Counted from the stretch's first letter, positions 40,198 to 51,321 are shown. The stretch is DNA of 64,000 bases from an uncultured Solobacterium sp. (GCA_946415785.1 CAMKTV010000001.1:38882-102881); one strand, 5' to 3'. Notes: generated from the sequence alone by a model not told the origin. Numbers and translations are program-made.

Positions 40198-40896
40198 ATG
40201 TTAGAAGAATTAAAAAAAGAAGTATTTGAAGCTAATTTATTATTACCTAAATATGGTCTTGTTGTTTTTACATGGGGCAATGTTTCAGGTATTGATAGAG
40301 AAAAAGGTCTTGTAGTAATTAAACCAAGTGGTGTTGAATATGACAAGATGAGCGCTGAAGATATGGTAGTTACTGATTTAGATGGCAATGTTGTTGAAGG
40401 CCATTTAAAACCATCTAGTGACTTAATGACTCACTTAGAGTTCTATAAGAACTTTCCTAACATTGGTGGTGTAGTACATACTCATTCAATTAATGCTGTA
40501 GCCTTTGCTCAAGCAGGAAAAGATGTACCAGCACTTGGCACAACTCATGGTGATTATTTCTATGGCGATATTCCTTGTACTAGAAAAATGAAAGTTGAAG
40601 AAATTCAAAGTGATTATGAATTAAATACAGGTAAAGTCATCGTTGAAGAATTCTTAAATAGAAAAATAGATCCTGATACAATGCCAGCTGTGCTAGTTCA
40701 TTCTCACGGACCATTTACTTGGGGCAAGGACCCTTTTGATGCTGTTCATAATTCTGTAGTTCTAGAAACATTATCAGAGATGGCAATCAAATCATATATT
40801 GTTAAAAATGGAACATGTGAAACAATGCAAAAAGAATTATTAGACAAACATTTCTTAAGAAAACATGGTCCAGGAGCATATTATGGCCAAGGATAG
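40198..40896 (+). CDS. ulaF: L-ribulose-5-phosphate 4-epimerase (class II aldolase fold)
   Basis: The motifs [24 protein letters not shown] and HGPF.WG are typical of AraD/UlaF/SgbE. Confidence 0.9.
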   Translation: MLEELKKEVFEANLLLPKYGLVVFTWGNVSGIDREKGLVVIKPSGVEYDKMSAEDMVVTDLDGNVVEGHLKPSSDLMTHLEFYKNFPNIGGVVHTHSINAVAFAQAGKDVPALGTTHGDYFYGDIPCTRKMKVEEIQSDYELNTGKVIVEEFLNRKIDPDTMPAVLVHSHGPFTWGKDPFDAVHNSVVLETLSEMAIKSYIVKNGTCETMQKELLDKHFLRKHGPGAYYGQG

Positions 40897-41749
40897 AAAA
40901 TATTTGCTTGGAATGTATGAAAAAGCTGTTCCAGCATCTTTAAGCTTAGAAGAAAAGCTTATCGCATGTAAGGAAGCAGGCTTTGACTGGATGGAAATAT
41001 CGATTGATGAAACCGATGAAAAGATTTCTAGATTATATTGGTCTAAAGAAGAAAAAGACGCCTTAGTTAAATCAATCAAAAAGACTGGTCAACCAATTTA
41101 TACAATGTGTTTTTCTGCTCAAAGAAAATATTCTTTAGGTTCTTTAGGAAAAGATAAACATGAGAAGGCCATGGAAATCATGGAGAAAGCCATTGATTTC
41201 GCAGCTGATATTGGTATCCGTATTATTCAGCTTGCAGGCTATGACTGTTACTATGAAGAAGCTAACGAAGAAAGCAGAAATGAATTTATTAAGAACTTAA
41301 AAATAGCTACGGAAATGGCAGCTAAAAAGGGTGTTCTTATGGGCTTTGAAACAATGATGGATAGGGAATTTATCAGCACTGTTGAAAAAGGTATGGAATT
41401 TGTAGATATCTGTGGCAGTCCATATTTAGGTGTCTATCCAGATATTGGAAATCTAGAAGGCGCAAGAATTGATTTTGGCTATGAAAAATCAGTTCATGAT
41501 GATATTCTGACTGGTAAAGGCCATATCTTTGCGGCTCATTTAAAAGAAACAAAATCAAAAGTTGATAGAAGTGTTCCTTGGGGAACAGGTGTCACTGATT
41601 ATGTTAATAATATTCGCTTATTAAAAGAATTAGGTGTAAGAATGTTTAATGGTGAATTCTGGTGTGATCATCCTGATGCTTGGAAAGAATATCTACTGGA
41701 ATCAAATAAATTCTTACGTGAAAAATTAGATGAGGTCTTTGATGATTAA
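40883..41749 (+). CDS. ulaE: L-ribulose-5-phosphate 3-epimerase (xylose-isomerase-like TIM barrel)
   Basis: The N-terminus [10 protein letters not shown]......EKL...[17 protein letters not shown]...RL.W is typical of UlaE/SgbU. The start is set at MAKDRK. The ORF track begins at 40865. Confidence 0.88.
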   Translation: MAKDRKYLLGMYEKAVPASLSLEEKLIACKEAGFDWMEISIDETDEKISRLYWSKEEKDALVKSIKKTGQPIYTMCFSAQRKYSLGSLGKDKHEKAMEIMEKAIDFAADIGIRIIQLAGYDCYYEEANEESRNEFIKNLKIATEMAAKKGVLMGFETMMDREFISTVEKGMEFVDICGSPYLGVYPDIGNLEGARIDFGYEKSVHDDILTGKGHIFAAHLKETKSKVDRSVPWGTGVTDYVNNIRLLKELGVRMFNGEFWCDHPDAWKEYLLESNKFLREKLDEVFDD

Positions 41750-42539
41750 ACTTATTGCTTGTGATCTAGACGGAACAGTCTTAGACGATAATAAAAATGT
41801 TGATAGTGAATTAAAAGAAGTTGTCGCTAAATTAAAAGAAAAGGACATCTTATTTACTGTTGCATCTGGTAGAAGCAGAGAACTGTTACTTCATATTCTT
41901 GATTATTTCAATTTAAAAGATGTTCCATATATTTGTAATAATGGGGCAAACATCTTTAAGAATGAAGAACTAATTCATGTAGAAGCAATCAATAGTGAAT
42001 ACGCAAGAGATATCTGCAAGATGTTTCATGAACATGGAATCGTCTTTAGAATGTATGCTTTAGAAGATGTATATATAAATGGCATGTCAGATTTCTTTAG
42101 AGCCAGAATGAAAGGTTACTCTAAACCATTCATTGATTATTATCCTGAACTAAATATGGATGATATTCATGTTGTAAAGATTACGGCTGATTTAACTAAT
42201 CATAATGATTTAGCAGACTTCTTTACAAAAGAAGTATCTAAATTTCCAAACACAGTCTTTACAAAAGCCGAAGATAATATCTATTGTGTAAATTCTACAA
42301 ATGCCAATAAGGGTGCTGCTCTAGAGTGGGTTAGCAATTATATGGGCATCAAGATGGGAGAAGTAATGGCTTTTGGTGATAATGAAAATGATTTAGCTAT
42401 GCTCAAAAAAGCGGGGGTATCAATCGCTGTTTCAAATGGCGAAGAATATGTTAAATCACAAGTTACAAATATCACTAAAGATAATAATCATAATGGAGTA
42501 TCTTGTTTCTTAAAAGAATATTTCAAAGATATCTTATAA
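41742..42539 (+). CDS. Cof-type HAD-IIB sugar phosphatase
   Basis: The motifs IACDLDGTVL, SGR and FGDNENDL.ML. The start is set at MIKLIA behind GAGG. Confidence 0.85.
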   Translation: MIKLIACDLDGTVLDDNKNVDSELKEVVAKLKEKDILFTVASGRSRELLLHILDYFNLKDVPYICNNGANIFKNEELIHVEAINSEYARDICKMFHEHGIVFRMYALEDVYINGMSDFFRARMKGYSKPFIDYYPELNMDDIHVVKITADLTNHNDLADFFTKEVSKFPNTVFTKAEDNIYCVNSTNANKGAALEWVSNYMGIKMGEVMAFGDNENDLAMLKKAGVSIAVSNGEEYVKSQVTNITKDNNHNGVSCFLKEYFKDIL

Positions 42540-42612
42540 AAAAAGAAAAAATAAGTAATCAAAAACGACACATAAGTGTGGTGACCCCACTAAGTTGGAC
42601 TTAAATATTTAA

Positions 42613-43512
42613 TTATGATGATAAGGATTGTTGCCTAAACTCTAAAGGCGATAATCCTTTTCTTTTGATATTAATTCTTTCTTCGTTGTAATAAGTAATA
42701 TATTCTTTCATAGCTTTTCTTAAATCTTCTAATGATTCATATTTATAGTCATAATACATCTCGTTCTTCATAATCCCAAAGAAGTTCTCCATTAAGGAAT
42801 TATCCATACAGTTACCTTTTCTTGAGAAAGATTGTTGTATGCCTTTATCTTTTAACCAGTTCATATATGTTTTATGTTGGTATTGCCACCCTTGATCTGA
42901 ATGAAAGATTAATCCTTCTAAGTTAGAGTTATTACTGAATGCCTTATCTATCATTCTTTTAATTTGACTAAAATCTGGATGAATGGATATGTCATAAGAA
43001 ATTATTGATCTGTCATACATATCCATAATTGGTGATAAGTATAGCTTGCCTCCTGGCGCTTTAAACTCTGATACATCTGTAGTCCATTTCTCATTAGGTT
43101 TAGATGTAGAGAAATCTCTTTTGTATTCAGTTTTATTTGTTTCAGTGTTTACTTCTTTATGTAATAAGAGATTTTCTTTATATGCACCATTATCACCTGC
43201 ATATGAATGATATTTATTTCTTGGTTGCTTACCTAATAGTTTATTAGTAGACATAATCCTTTGAATCTTCTTATGATTAATGCCACTTAATTCATCTTCT
43301 AAGGCTATTATAATGCGCCTATAACCGTATCTTTCTTTGTGATGCATAAATACTGGAGTAATAATAGAAAGGATTCTATCATCTTCATTTTTACGTCTAT
43401 TAGTTGCTTCTAGATGTTTTCTTGAATGGTAATAAGAGTAAGTTGACTTAGGAAGTTTAGAGATACTTAAAAGAATCTTTAAGTTATATCTTTGCCTTAG
43501 TTCATCTACCAC
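42613..43512 (-). CDS. IS3-family transposase OrfB (DDE / rve integrase core)
   Basis: The motifs WTTDVSEF, FHSDQGWQY and MENFFGIMKNE form a DDE triad. The frame stays open about 22 codons upstream of the GTG at 43512, overlapping orfA. Confidence 0.9.
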   Translation of the reverse strand: MVDELRQRYNLKILLSISKLPKSTYSYYHSRKHLEATNRRKNEDDRILSIITPVFMHHKERYGYRRIIIALEDELSGINHKKIQRIMSTNKLLGKQPRNKYHSYAGDNGAYKENLLLHKEVNTETNKTEYKRDFSTSKPNEKWTTDVSEFKAPGGKLYLSPIMDMYDRSIISYDISIHPDFSQIKRMIDKAFSNNSNLEGLIFHSDQGWQYQHKTYMNWLKDKGIQQSFSRKGNCMDNSLMENFFGIMKNEMYYDYKYESLEDLRKAMKEYITYYNEERINIKRKGLSPLEFRQQSLSS

Positions 43513-43514
43513 TA

Positions 43515-44009
43515 TTATTTTTTCTTCTGTTCTTGGGCCTTCCTTTTTTGAACTAAGGCACTTAATTTTTTTAAGTATTCATTTTCTGCCTTTAAATATT
43601 CATTTTCTTCTTTGAGTGATTCTAATTCAGATTTATTCTTATCTTTTTTAGGTTTCTTTGTCATGGATGGTCTTTTACCTCTTTTTAATGATTTTAACCC
43701 ATCTATGCCTCTTTCTAAATAGATACGATGCCATTTGATTAATAAGTCAGATCCGATTCCTGTTGAAAAAGCTACAGATCTATATGATTCACCAGATTCC
43801 ACTCTATCAAATAATTCTAATCTTTCTTCAATGCTTAATGTTGGTTTGCCATGTTCTAATCCAGCTTCTCCTAAGAAATCATATACTTTTGCCCATTTTC
43901 TTATTTGCTCACGAAACCCATTGTGTTTCATCCCTGGTGGATCTTCTATATAATCTCCATTCTTATACTTTTTAACACATTCCAATTTAAATTCTTTACT
44001 GTACTTCAT
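43515..44009 (-). CDS. IS3-family transposase OrfA (HTH plus leucine zipper)
   Basis: HTH N-terminus and the C-terminal heptad ELESLKEENEYLKAENEYLKKL. It ends AAG AAA AAA TAA (A6 at 43518-43523). The start is set at MKYSKEF behind AAGGAGG. Confidence 0.88.
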   Translation of the reverse strand: MKYSKEFKLECVKKYKNGDYIEDPPGMKHNGFREQIRKWAKVYDFLGEAGLEHGKPTLSIEERLELFDRVESGESYRSVAFSTGIGSDLLIKWHRIYLERGIDGLKSLKRGKRPSMTKKPKKDKNKSELESLKEENEYLKAENEYLKKLSALVQKRKAQEQKKK

Positions 44010-44099
44010 AATAAAAGTGACCTCCTTTAGTTGGTCCAACTTTAGGGGGTCACTTCAAAGTGTCGTTTTTATATTAAAGCCTTATTAATCAATTAGTAA

Positions 44100-45299
44100 T
44101 TATTTCTTAATTTCTGTAACGTTACCAGAGCCTACAGTTCTACCACCTTCTCTGATAGAGAATTTAGTACCGTTTTCGATAGCGATTGGAGAAATTAATT
44201 TAACTGTCATTTGAACGTTGTCACCAGGCATAACCATTTCCATTGGGTTACCATCATTGTCTTTGATTTCTTCAACAACACCAGTAACGTCAGTTGTTCT
44301 GAAATAGAATTGAGGACGATAGTTTACTACGAATGGAGTATGACGTCCACCTTCTTCTTTAGTTAATACGTATACTTGAGCAACGAATTCAGTATGAGGA
44401 GTAACTGAACCAGGTTTAGCTAATACTTGTCCTCTTTCGATTTCATCACGGTTAACACCACGAAGAAGAGCACCAATATTATCACCAGCTTCAGCTTGGT
44501 CTAATTGTTTACGGAACATTTCTAGACCAGTGATAACTGTCTTACGAGTTTCTCTAATACCTACGATTTCAACTTCATCATTTAGATGAGCAACACCACG
44601 TTCTACTCTACCTGTAGCAACTGTACCACGACCTGTGATAGTGAATACGTCTTCTACAGACATTAAGAATGGTTTATCGATTTCTCTAGCTGGAGAAGGA
44701 ATATATTCATCTACAGCATCCATTAATTCATCGATAGATTTTTGAGCTTCAGCATCACCTTCAAGAGCTTTTAAAGCTGAACCTCTAATAACTGGAGCAT
44801 TATCACCATCGAAACCATATTCAGATAATAATTCTCTAACTTCCATTTCAACTAAGTCGATTAATTCTGGATCATCAACTTGGTCAACTTTGTTTAGATA
44901 AACAACGATATAAGGAACGCCTACCTGTCTAGCTAATAAGATATGTTCTCTAGTTTGAGGCATTGGTCCATCAGTTGAAGCGACAACTAGGATTGCACCA
45001 TCCATTTGTGCAGCACCAGTGATCATGTTTTTAACATAGTCAGCGTGTCCTGGGCAGTCAACGTGTGCATAGTGTCTCTTTGCAGTTTTGTATTCAACGT
45101 GAGCAGTATTAATAGTAATACCTCTAGCCTTTTCTTCAGGTGCACCATCGATTTGATCATAAGCTCTAAATTCAGCTTGGCCTTTTTCTGCTAATCTTTT
45201 AGTAATAGCAGCAGTTAAAGTAGTTTTACCATGGTCAACGTGACCAATAGTACCGATATTGACATGTTCTAACGAACGGTCAAATTTTTCTTTTGCCAT
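44100..45299 (-). CDS. tuf: Elongation factor Tu
   Basis: [26 protein letters not shown] and the full EF-Tu length. Confidence 0.98.
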   Translation of the reverse strand: MAKEKFDRSLEHVNIGTIGHVDHGKTTLTAAITKRLAEKGQAEFRAYDQIDGAPEEKARGITINTAHVEYKTAKRHYAHVDCPGHADYVKNMITGAAQMDGAILVVASTDGPMPQTREHILLARQVGVPYIVVYLNKVDQVDDPELIDLVEMEVRELLSEYGFDGDNAPVIRGSALKALEGDAEAQKSIDELMDAVDEYIPSPAREIDKPFLMSVEDVFTITGRGTVATGRVERGVAHLNDEVEIVGIRETRKTVITGLEMFRKQLDQAEAGDNIGALLRGVNRDEIERGQVLAKPGSVTPHTEFVAQVYVLTKEEGGRHTPFVVNYRPQFYFRTTDVTGVVEEIKDNDGNPMEMVMPGDNVQMTVKLISPIAIENGTKFSIREGGRTVGSGNVTEIKK

Positions 45300-45358
45300 T
45301 TTAAGTTTTTCCTCCTGTTTAACATTATTATTTTAAGATAAAACGTTATAATAAGCAA

Positions 45359-47455
45359 TTATTCATAAGCGTTTTTCTTGGCAAGTTTTTCTGCGATGCT
45401 TTCAGGAACTTTTGCGTAATGATCCATCTGCATCATATAGTTACCACGACCTTGTGTAAATGACCTTAAGTCAGTGGCATATCCGAACATTTCTGATAGA
45501 GGAATGTAGGCTCTAATTGCGACTGCGTTGCCTCTTTTTTCTTGTTCATTAATGTGGCCTCTTCTTTTAGTAATATCTCCCATTACAGAGCCAAGATATT
45601 CTTCAGGGGCCGTTACTTCGACATCCATGATAGGTTCTAATAGAACTGGACTACATTTTTTAGCAGCTTCTTTTAAAGCTAATGATGCAGCAGTCTTGAA
45701 TGCCATTTCTGATGAGTCAACTTCATGATATGAACCATCATAAAGTGTTGCCTTGATATCAACGATAGGGTAGCCAGCATTTAAGCCACCTGCTAGTGAA
45801 GCTTGTAAGCCTTCTTGTACAGGTTTGATGTATTCTTTTGGCACTGCACCACCAACTATTGCGTTGACAAATTCAAATCCTTTACCTTGTTCGTTTGGTT
45901 CAAATTTAATCCAAACATGACCATATTGTCCTCTACCACCAGATTGTTTAATGAAACGTCCTTCACATTCAGCAGCTTTAGTGATTGTTTCTCTAAAGGC
46001 AACCTGTGGGGCACCTACATTACATTCGACCTTGAATTCTCTTTTCATACGATCGATGATGATATCTAAATGAAGTTCACCCATACCAGCGATAATTGTC
46101 TGGCCAGTTTCTTCATCAGTATAGGTCTTGAAGGTTGGATCTTCTTCAGCTAATTTAGCTAGTGCTAAATCCATCTTGTCTAAGTCAGCTTTTGTTTTAG
46201 GCTCAACTGACATTTGAATAACAGGTTCTGGGAAGACCATTGATTCAAGAATAATAGGGGAATTAGTTGCACATAATGTATCACCTGTTGTTGTATCTTT
46301 TAGACCAACTGCAGCAGCGATATCACCAGCGACAACTTCTTCAATGTCAGCACGATGGTTGGCATGCATCTGTACTAAACGACCAAATCTTTCTTTTCTA
46401 TCTTTAGTTGCATTTAATACATAACTGCCAGCTTTCGCAACACCTGAATAAACTCTAAAGTAAGTTAATCTTCCTACGAATGGGTCAGTCATTACTTTAA
46501 AGGCTAGGGCAGCGAATGGTTCATCATCACTTGATTTTCTTTCTTCCTCTTTACCATTAATTAATTTTCCTTTAATTGCAGGTACATCTAATGGAGAAGG
46601 CAAATATTCAATAATTGCATCCAATAATAGTTGAATACCTTTATTCTTATATGCTGATCCACATAATACAGGGAAGAATTCTGCACCTATTACAGCTTTT
46701 CTGATCGCTCTTTTGATGATTTGAACTGGAACTTCTTTACCATCAATAAATAATTCCATCAATTCATCATCATAATCAGCCATCTTTTCTAATAATTCAT
46801 TACGAAGTAATTCAACTTCATCTTTGAACTGATCTTCAACATCGATTTCTTTGATATCTGTGCCTTGGTCATTGGCATACATATATTGTCTGTTTTCGAT
46901 AATATCGATAATTCCTCTAAAAGTATTTTCAGCGCCAACTGGTAATTGAATAGCTGCTGCACTAGCACCTAAACGATCACCGATTGATTTAACAGACATC
47001 TTGAAATCAGCACCTGTTGCATCCATCTTGTTACAAAAGACAATTCTTGGTACATGATATGTGCTAGCTTGACGCCATACTGTTTCTGTTTGAGGTTCAA
47101 CGCCAGCCTTTGCATCTAATACCGTAACAGCACCATCCAATACTCTTAAAGATCTTTCAACTTCAACAGTGAAGTCAACATGTCCTGGAGTATCAATGAT
47201 GTTTATTCTGTTTTTAGGGAATTGTCCCTTACTGCCAGCCCAGAATGTAGTAGTAGCAGCACTAGTAATAGTGATACCTCTTTCCTGTTCCTGAGCCATC
47301 CAGTCCATTTGGCTTGCCCCATCATGGGTTTCGCCAATTTTGTGAGTTTTGCCGGTAAAGAAAAGAATACGTTCAGTACACGTTGTTTTTCCAGCATCAA
47401 TATGAGCCATGATACCAATATTTTTTGTGTTTTCTAAGCTATATTCTCTTGCCAT
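45359..47455 (-). CDS. fusA: Elongation factor G
   Basis: The motifs [14 protein letters not shown] and DTPGHVDF, with a 698-aa five-domain layout. Confidence 0.98.
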   Translation of the reverse strand: MAREYSLENTKNIGIMAHIDAGKTTCTERILFFTGKTHKIGETHDGASQMDWMAQEQERGITITSAATTTFWAGSKGQFPKNRINIIDTPGHVDFTVEVERSLRVLDGAVTVLDAKAGVEPQTETVWRQASTYHVPRIVFCNKMDATGADFKMSVKSIGDRLGASAAAIQLPVGAENTFRGIIDIIENRQYMYANDQGTDIKEIDVEDQFKDEVELLRNELLEKMADYDDELMELFIDGKEVPVQIIKRAIRKAVIGAEFFPVLCGSAYKNKGIQLLLDAIIEYLPSPLDVPAIKGKLINGKEEERKSSDDEPFAALAFKVMTDPFVGRLTYFRVYSGVAKAGSYVLNATKDRKERFGRLVQMHANHRADIEEVVAGDIAAAVGLKDTTTGDTLCATNSPIILESMVFPEPVIQMSVEPKTKADLDKMDLALAKLAEEDPTFKTYTDEETGQTIIAGMGELHLDIIIDRMKREFKVECNVGAPQVAFRETITKAAECEGRFIKQSGGRGQYGHVWIKFEPNEQGKGFEFVNAIVGGAVPKEYIKPVQEGLQASLAGGLNAGYPIVDIKATLYDGSYHEVDSSEMAFKTAASLALKEAAKKCSPVLLEPIMDVEVTAPEEYLGSVMGDITKRRGHINEQEKRGNAVAIRAYIPLSEMFGYATDLRSFTQGRGNYMMQMDHYAKVPESIAEKLAKKNAYE

Positions 47456-47473
47456 AAACTCCCTTTCCTTAAA

Positions 47474-47944
47474 TTACCAGCGGAAATGTGCAAACGCCTT
47501 ATTAGCATCTGCCATCTTATGTGTATCTTCTTTCTTCTTAACAGATTGTCCAACGCCATTAGATGCATCAATAATTTCAGCAGCCAATCTTTGTTCCATA
47601 GTTTTTTCACTTCTTAAACGAGCGTAGTTTACAATCCATCTTAAACCTAATGTAAGTCTTCTTTCTTGTGAAACTTCAACTGGAACTTGGTAGTTAGCAC
47701 CACCAACTCTTCTTAATTTAAGTTCTAGTTGAGGCATAACATTGTTAAGTGCTTTTTCAAAAACTTCCATTGGTTGTTCACCAGTTTTCTTTTCAACGAT
47801 TTGAAATGCATTATATAGAATAGTTTGCGCAACGTCTTTTTTGCCGTCCAACATGATTTTGTTGATTAAACGTGTTACTAATCTAGAATTGTAAATAGGA
47901 TCTGCTAATACATCTCTTTTCGCGATATGTCCTTTTCTAGGCAT
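47474..47944 (-). CDS. rpsG: 30S ribosomal protein S7
   Basis: MPRKG......L.DP.Y ... [10 protein letters not shown]. Confidence 0.98.
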   Translation of the reverse strand: MPRKGHIAKRDVLADPIYNSRLVTRLINKIMLDGKKDVAQTILYNAFQIVEKKTGEQPMEVFEKALNNVMPQLELKLRRVGGANYQVPVEVSQERRLTLGLRWIVNYARLRSEKTMEQRLAAEIIDASNGVGQSVKKKEDTHKMADANKAFAHFRW

Positions 47945-47966
47945 GTTAATCTCCTTTCGTGTTTAA

Positions 47967-48377
47967 TTATTTAGGCTTCTTTGTGCCATATAATGAACGG
48001 CCTTGTCTACGGTTTTCAACACCAGCACAGTCTAGTGTTCCTCTAACGATGTGATATCTTACACCTGGTAAGTCTTTAACTCTACCGCCTCTGATAAGTA
48101 CGACCGAGTGTTCTTGTAAGTTATGTCCGATACCTGGAATATAAGCAGTAACTTCCATACCATTACTTAATCTAACACGGGCATATTTTCTTAAAGCTGA
48201 GTTAGGCTTCTTAGGTGTCATTGTACCAACTCTGGTACAAACGCCTCTTTTTTGAGGTGATGCCACATTGATAGGTCTAGATTTCAAAGAGTTAAATCCC
48301 TTGTTTAATGCAGGTGATTTAGACTTCCAAGTTCTAGCAGTTCTACCTTTTCTTACTAATTGATTAATAGTAGGCAT
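47967..48377 (-). CDS. rpsL: 30S ribosomal protein S12
   Basis: MPTINQL.RKGR ... [10 protein letters not shown] ... [13 protein letters not shown]. Confidence 0.98.
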   Translation of the reverse strand: MPTINQLVRKGRTARTWKSKSPALNKGFNSLKSRPINVASPQKRGVCTRVGTMTPKKPNSALRKYARVRLSNGMEVTAYIPGIGHNLQEHSVVLIRGGRVKDLPGVRYHIVRGTLDCAGVENRRQGRSLYGTKKPK

Positions 48378-48519
48378 TTAATTCTCCTTTCTTCTTTTTA
48401 ACACACAATCACAAGTGTGCCATAATCTTGCTTTATATATAGATCCTTTCGGATCTAACAGCCTTATAATAATATAACGAAAAAAATAAAAATACAAGCG
48501 TTTTTTGCGAAATGTTATA

Positions 48520-48786
48520 ATGTTAGAGAAAATGAAGTTAAGAAGTGATTTTATCAGTCAGGAATTAAATGACAGTATTATCTTAGTGCCACTTGATGGT
48601 TATTTTAAAGGTGTCATTAAAGTAAATGAAAGTGCTGCTTTTATTATTGATTGTCTAAAAGAAGAAACAACTGTTGAAGAAATAAAAAGTAAGTTAATGG
48701 CTAAATACAACATTGATGAAAAAGAGGCAGAAAATAGTGTAAAAAAGATAATTGATAAACTTCAAGAAATTAATGCTTTAATATGA
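48520..48786 (+). CDS. PqqD-family (RiPP recognition element-like) small protein
   Basis: About 85-89 aa. The pattern L..DS.ILV.L.G......V.KVNESAAFI...L.EE.TVEEI...L...Y.IDE.EAE..V...I..L matches PqqD/RRE-type winged-helix proteins. The start is uncertain (ATG 48520 or 48532, TTG 48505). An extended -10-like TGtTATAAT lies at 48513-48521. Confidence 0.7.
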   Translation: MLEKMKLRSDFISQELNDSIILVPLDGYFKGVIKVNESAAFIIDCLKEETTVEEIKSKLMAKYNIDEKEAENSVKKIIDKLQEINALI

Positions 48787-49517
48787 TAGATTTTAAGATT
48801 TCTTTAGCTGGCCTATGTATTGGTGTCAGAGCTAATTATGCAAGTACAGAAGAATTTTGTAAGGATTATAAAGTAGATGAAGATCCTGTTTTTGCTGTGG
48901 AAGTCACTTTACAAGATATCGAAAATGAAAGACAGATCTCTTATGTTCAAAGTGAAAGAGAAAAGGGAAAAAGAATTGAATATCCAAATGAATATTTAGA
49001 AAGATTAGCTTTATATCGAAAAATAGTTGTGAAGATAATTGATTATGATGCCTTTTTATTTCATAGTTCTATCATCGCTGTTGATGGTCTGGCCTATGCT
49101 TTTTCTGCTAAATCAGGTACAGGGAAAACGACCCATACAAGATTTTATTTAGAAAAGATAGAAGGTGCCCATGTCTTGAATGGTGATAAGCCGTTATTAA
49201 GAATAATTGATGATAAGGTTTATGCCTGTGGAACTCCATGGCAGGGAAAAGAAAATTTTGGAACCAATGAAATCCTTCCATTAAAAGCTATCTGCTTATT
49301 GCAAAGAGGAAGTGAAAATGAAATCGAAGAGATTAAGTTTTCACAAGGCTTTAATGATATTGTCCAACAAGCATATCATAATGCAGAAGGTGATTTTTTA
49401 GCTAAATCAATTCAATTAATTTTACGACTTCAAAATAAAATAAAAGTATATCGCTTAAAATGTAACCTTGACCCTAATTCAGCGATTATAAGTTATAATT
49501 TTATAAGAGACAACTAA
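48783..49517 (+). CDS. HPr-kinase-like P-loop protein (ScmC / lasso-peptide-kinase-like)
   Basis: FHSSIIAVDGLAYAFSAKSGTGKTTH matches the H(A/S)S.V...G.A..F.G.SG.GKST signature of HprK C-domain-like kinases found in RiPP clusters. It overlaps the PqqD-like gene by 4 nt. Confidence 0.65.
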   Translation: MIDFKISLAGLCIGVRANYASTEEFCKDYKVDEDPVFAVEVTLQDIENERQISYVQSEREKGKRIEYPNEYLERLALYRKIVVKIIDYDAFLFHSSIIAVDGLAYAFSAKSGTGKTTHTRFYLEKIEGAHVLNGDKPLLRIIDDKVYACGTPWQGKENFGTNEILPLKAICLLQRGSENEIEEIKFSQGFNDIVQQAYHNAEGDFLAKSIQLILRLQNKIKVYRLKCNLDPNSAIISYNFIRDN

Positions 49518-49518
49518 G

Positions 49519-50625
49519 ATGGAGAAAAGAAATATCTTAAATAATAAGCTCTATACAAATATGATCTATTTGATTAATTGTGCTTTAAACAATGAAAAAG
49601 TAGATGATGATTTTAATGATGGAGAATTATTGTCTTTAGCCAAAGGGCATCGTTTATCTGCCTTAGTTGCCAGTGCTTTTAAAAAACCAAATTCTAAATG
49701 GGAAAAAGCTTATTTTAAAGCAATAAGAAGAGAAACTCTTTTTGAACAACAAAGAAAAGAAATCACGCAAGCGTTCAGTGAAGAAAAAATCTGGTATTGC
49801 CTATTAAAAGGAATAATCATGAAAGATTATTATCCTAAAGGCTATTTAAGAGAAATGTCTGATAACGATATTCTGATTGATGAGACAAAATGTGAAGAAA
49901 TAAAAAAGATTATGTTAGAAAAGGGCTATCGTTATGAACACGATTATGGTGAACATCATGACGTCTATGTCAAAGAGCCAATCTTTAAATTTGAACTTCA
50001 TCGCAGTTTAATCTCTGAAGAAAAAGAAAAAGAATTCTTTGAATATTTTAAAGATATAAATAAACGTTTAATCAAAGATGAAAATAATGAATATGAATAT
50101 CATCTTAGTAAAGAAGATTTCTATATCTATTCATTTGTCCATACATATCATCATTATGTTTATAATGGAGCAGGCATAAGACATTTAATTGATATTTATT
50201 TATATACAAGCAAGAATGAACTTGATTGGAATTATATAAATAATGAATTAGAAAAATTAGGCATCTTAGAAAAAGAAAGAACTTTTAGAAAGATTGCCTA
50301 TAAATTATTTTCAACATTTGAAGAATTAACTGAAGAAGAAAAAGAACAGTTAGAATTCATGTTTATATCATGTGTTCATGGCTCATATAAAAGCAGAATC
50401 ATGATTATGATGGCAAAAGATAAAGAGAACAATAAGAACTATCGCTTTAAATATCTTCGTGATCGTTTATTATTAGATGACGCCTATCTAAAAGAAAGAT
50501 ATCCATTCTTTTATAAACACCGTGTTGCTTTGCCATTGCTGACTGTATATCGTCTATTCCGTGGCTTATTTAAAGGACATGGAAGACTTAAATGGGAAAT
50601 AAAGAATTTCGTTAAGAATAAATAA
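49519..50625 (+). CDS. Nucleotidyltransferase family protein (NTP_transf_5 / PF14907-like)
   Basis: LLKGIIMKDYYPKGYLREMSDNDILIDE resembles the LKG...Y....R...D(I/L)D(L/I)L active-site region of this family. It starts 1 nt after the previous stop. Confidence 0.6.
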   Translation: MEKRNILNNKLYTNMIYLINCALNNEKVDDDFNDGELLSLAKGHRLSALVASAFKKPNSKWEKAYFKAIRRETLFEQQRKEITQAFSEEKIWYCLLKGIIMKDYYPKGYLREMSDNDILIDETKCEEIKKIMLEKGYRYEHDYGEHHDVYVKEPIFKFELHRSLISEEKEKEFFEYFKDINKRLIKDENNEYEYHLSKEDFYIYSFVHTYHHYVYNGAGIRHLIDIYLYTSKNELDWNYINNELEKLGILEKERTFRKIAYKLFSTFEELTEEEKEQLEFMFISCVHGSYKSRIMIMMAKDKENNKNYRFKYLRDRLLLDDAYLKERYPFFYKHRVALPLLTVYRLFRGLFKGHGRLKWEIKNFVKNK

Positions 50626-50658
50626 TAGTTTTAATATATTTAGTTAAGGAGGCACATT

Positions 50659-51321
50659 ATGGTTTTTTTAAAAGCTATTAAAAAAGTTAGTATCCTTATT
50701 AGTCTTACTTATATTTTTATTGGATATAAATTACTATCATTAAAGGCCAAAGCTAATGAAGTAGTCTTTACTTTTTTAGCAGTAAGTTTATGTGTTATTG
50801 GTCTATTTATTATCATCAGATATTTATTATTAAAAATAAATGAACGTTATAAAAGAAATGATTTTGTCTTAGGGGCCATCATTTTAATGATTGGTGTTGT
50901 GCTCTTATTTGTTAAAGAGCTGGTAATTGCCTTTGACTATTTAATCCTTGGAAGCATGATTATCATCAGCGCTTTAACAATTGTTCAGGATGCTTTTGAT
51001 GGGAAAGCAATAGGTATGAAACCTGTTACTGGCTATATGGTATTGATGGTTGTGGAACTCGGGATAGGTGCTTTAGTATTAATCAATCCATTTAAAGATG
51101 AATTATCTTTTATAATCATGGGCATAAGTTTAATGATTTGTGGATTAGGTGCTTTTGTTTCTAATTTTGTCTTAGCGATAATAAAAACTAAACATGAAAG
51201 AGAAATAAAAGAAGAAACTTTTGAGCCAATAGATGAGATTAAAGAAGAAAACAAAGAAGAAAAAGAAACACAAGAAGAATATAAATTCATTGAAGATAAA
51301 GAAGATAATACTGAACAATGA
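50659..51321 (+). CDS. Multi-pass membrane protein (DUF308/HdeD-like repeats) with an acidic C-terminal tail
   Basis: Six hydrophobic helices in pairs, then EIKEETFEPIDEIKEENKEEKETQEEYKFIEDKEDNTEQ. AAGGAGG lies upstream. Confidence 0.6.
   Translation: MVFLKAIKKVSILISLTYIFIGYKLLSLKAKANEVVFTFLAVSLCVIGLFIIIRYLLLKINERYKRNDFVLGAIILMIGVVLLFVKELVIAFDYLILGSMIIISALTIVQDAFDGKAIGMKPVTGYMVLMVVELGIGALVLINPFKDELSFIIMGISLMICGLGAFVSNFVLAIIKTKHEREIKEETFEPIDEIKEENKEEKETQEEYKFIEDKEDNTEQ

Larger units (their letters stand above)
42561..44070 (-). mobile_element. Complete IS3-family insertion sequence (about 1510 bp)
   Basis: Imperfect terminal inverted repeats of about 40 bp: left AAAAACGACACataagtgtgGTGACCCCacTAAGTTGGAC, and right (reverse complement) AAAAACGACACtttgaaGTGACCCCcTAAAGTTGGAC. 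There are two ORFs, with orfB in the -1 frame relative to orfA and an A6 run at the junction. Confidence 0.9.

Noticed and set aside
48378-48531. A possible RiPP precursor ORF or riboswitch between rpsL and the PqqD-like gene
   Set aside because: Neither strand has a small ORF with a start codon and RBS. The two short hairpins (cacac...gtgtg, tagatcc-tttc-ggatcta) lie in the expected rpsL leader on the minus strand. The 50626-50658 gap is also too short for a peptide gene.
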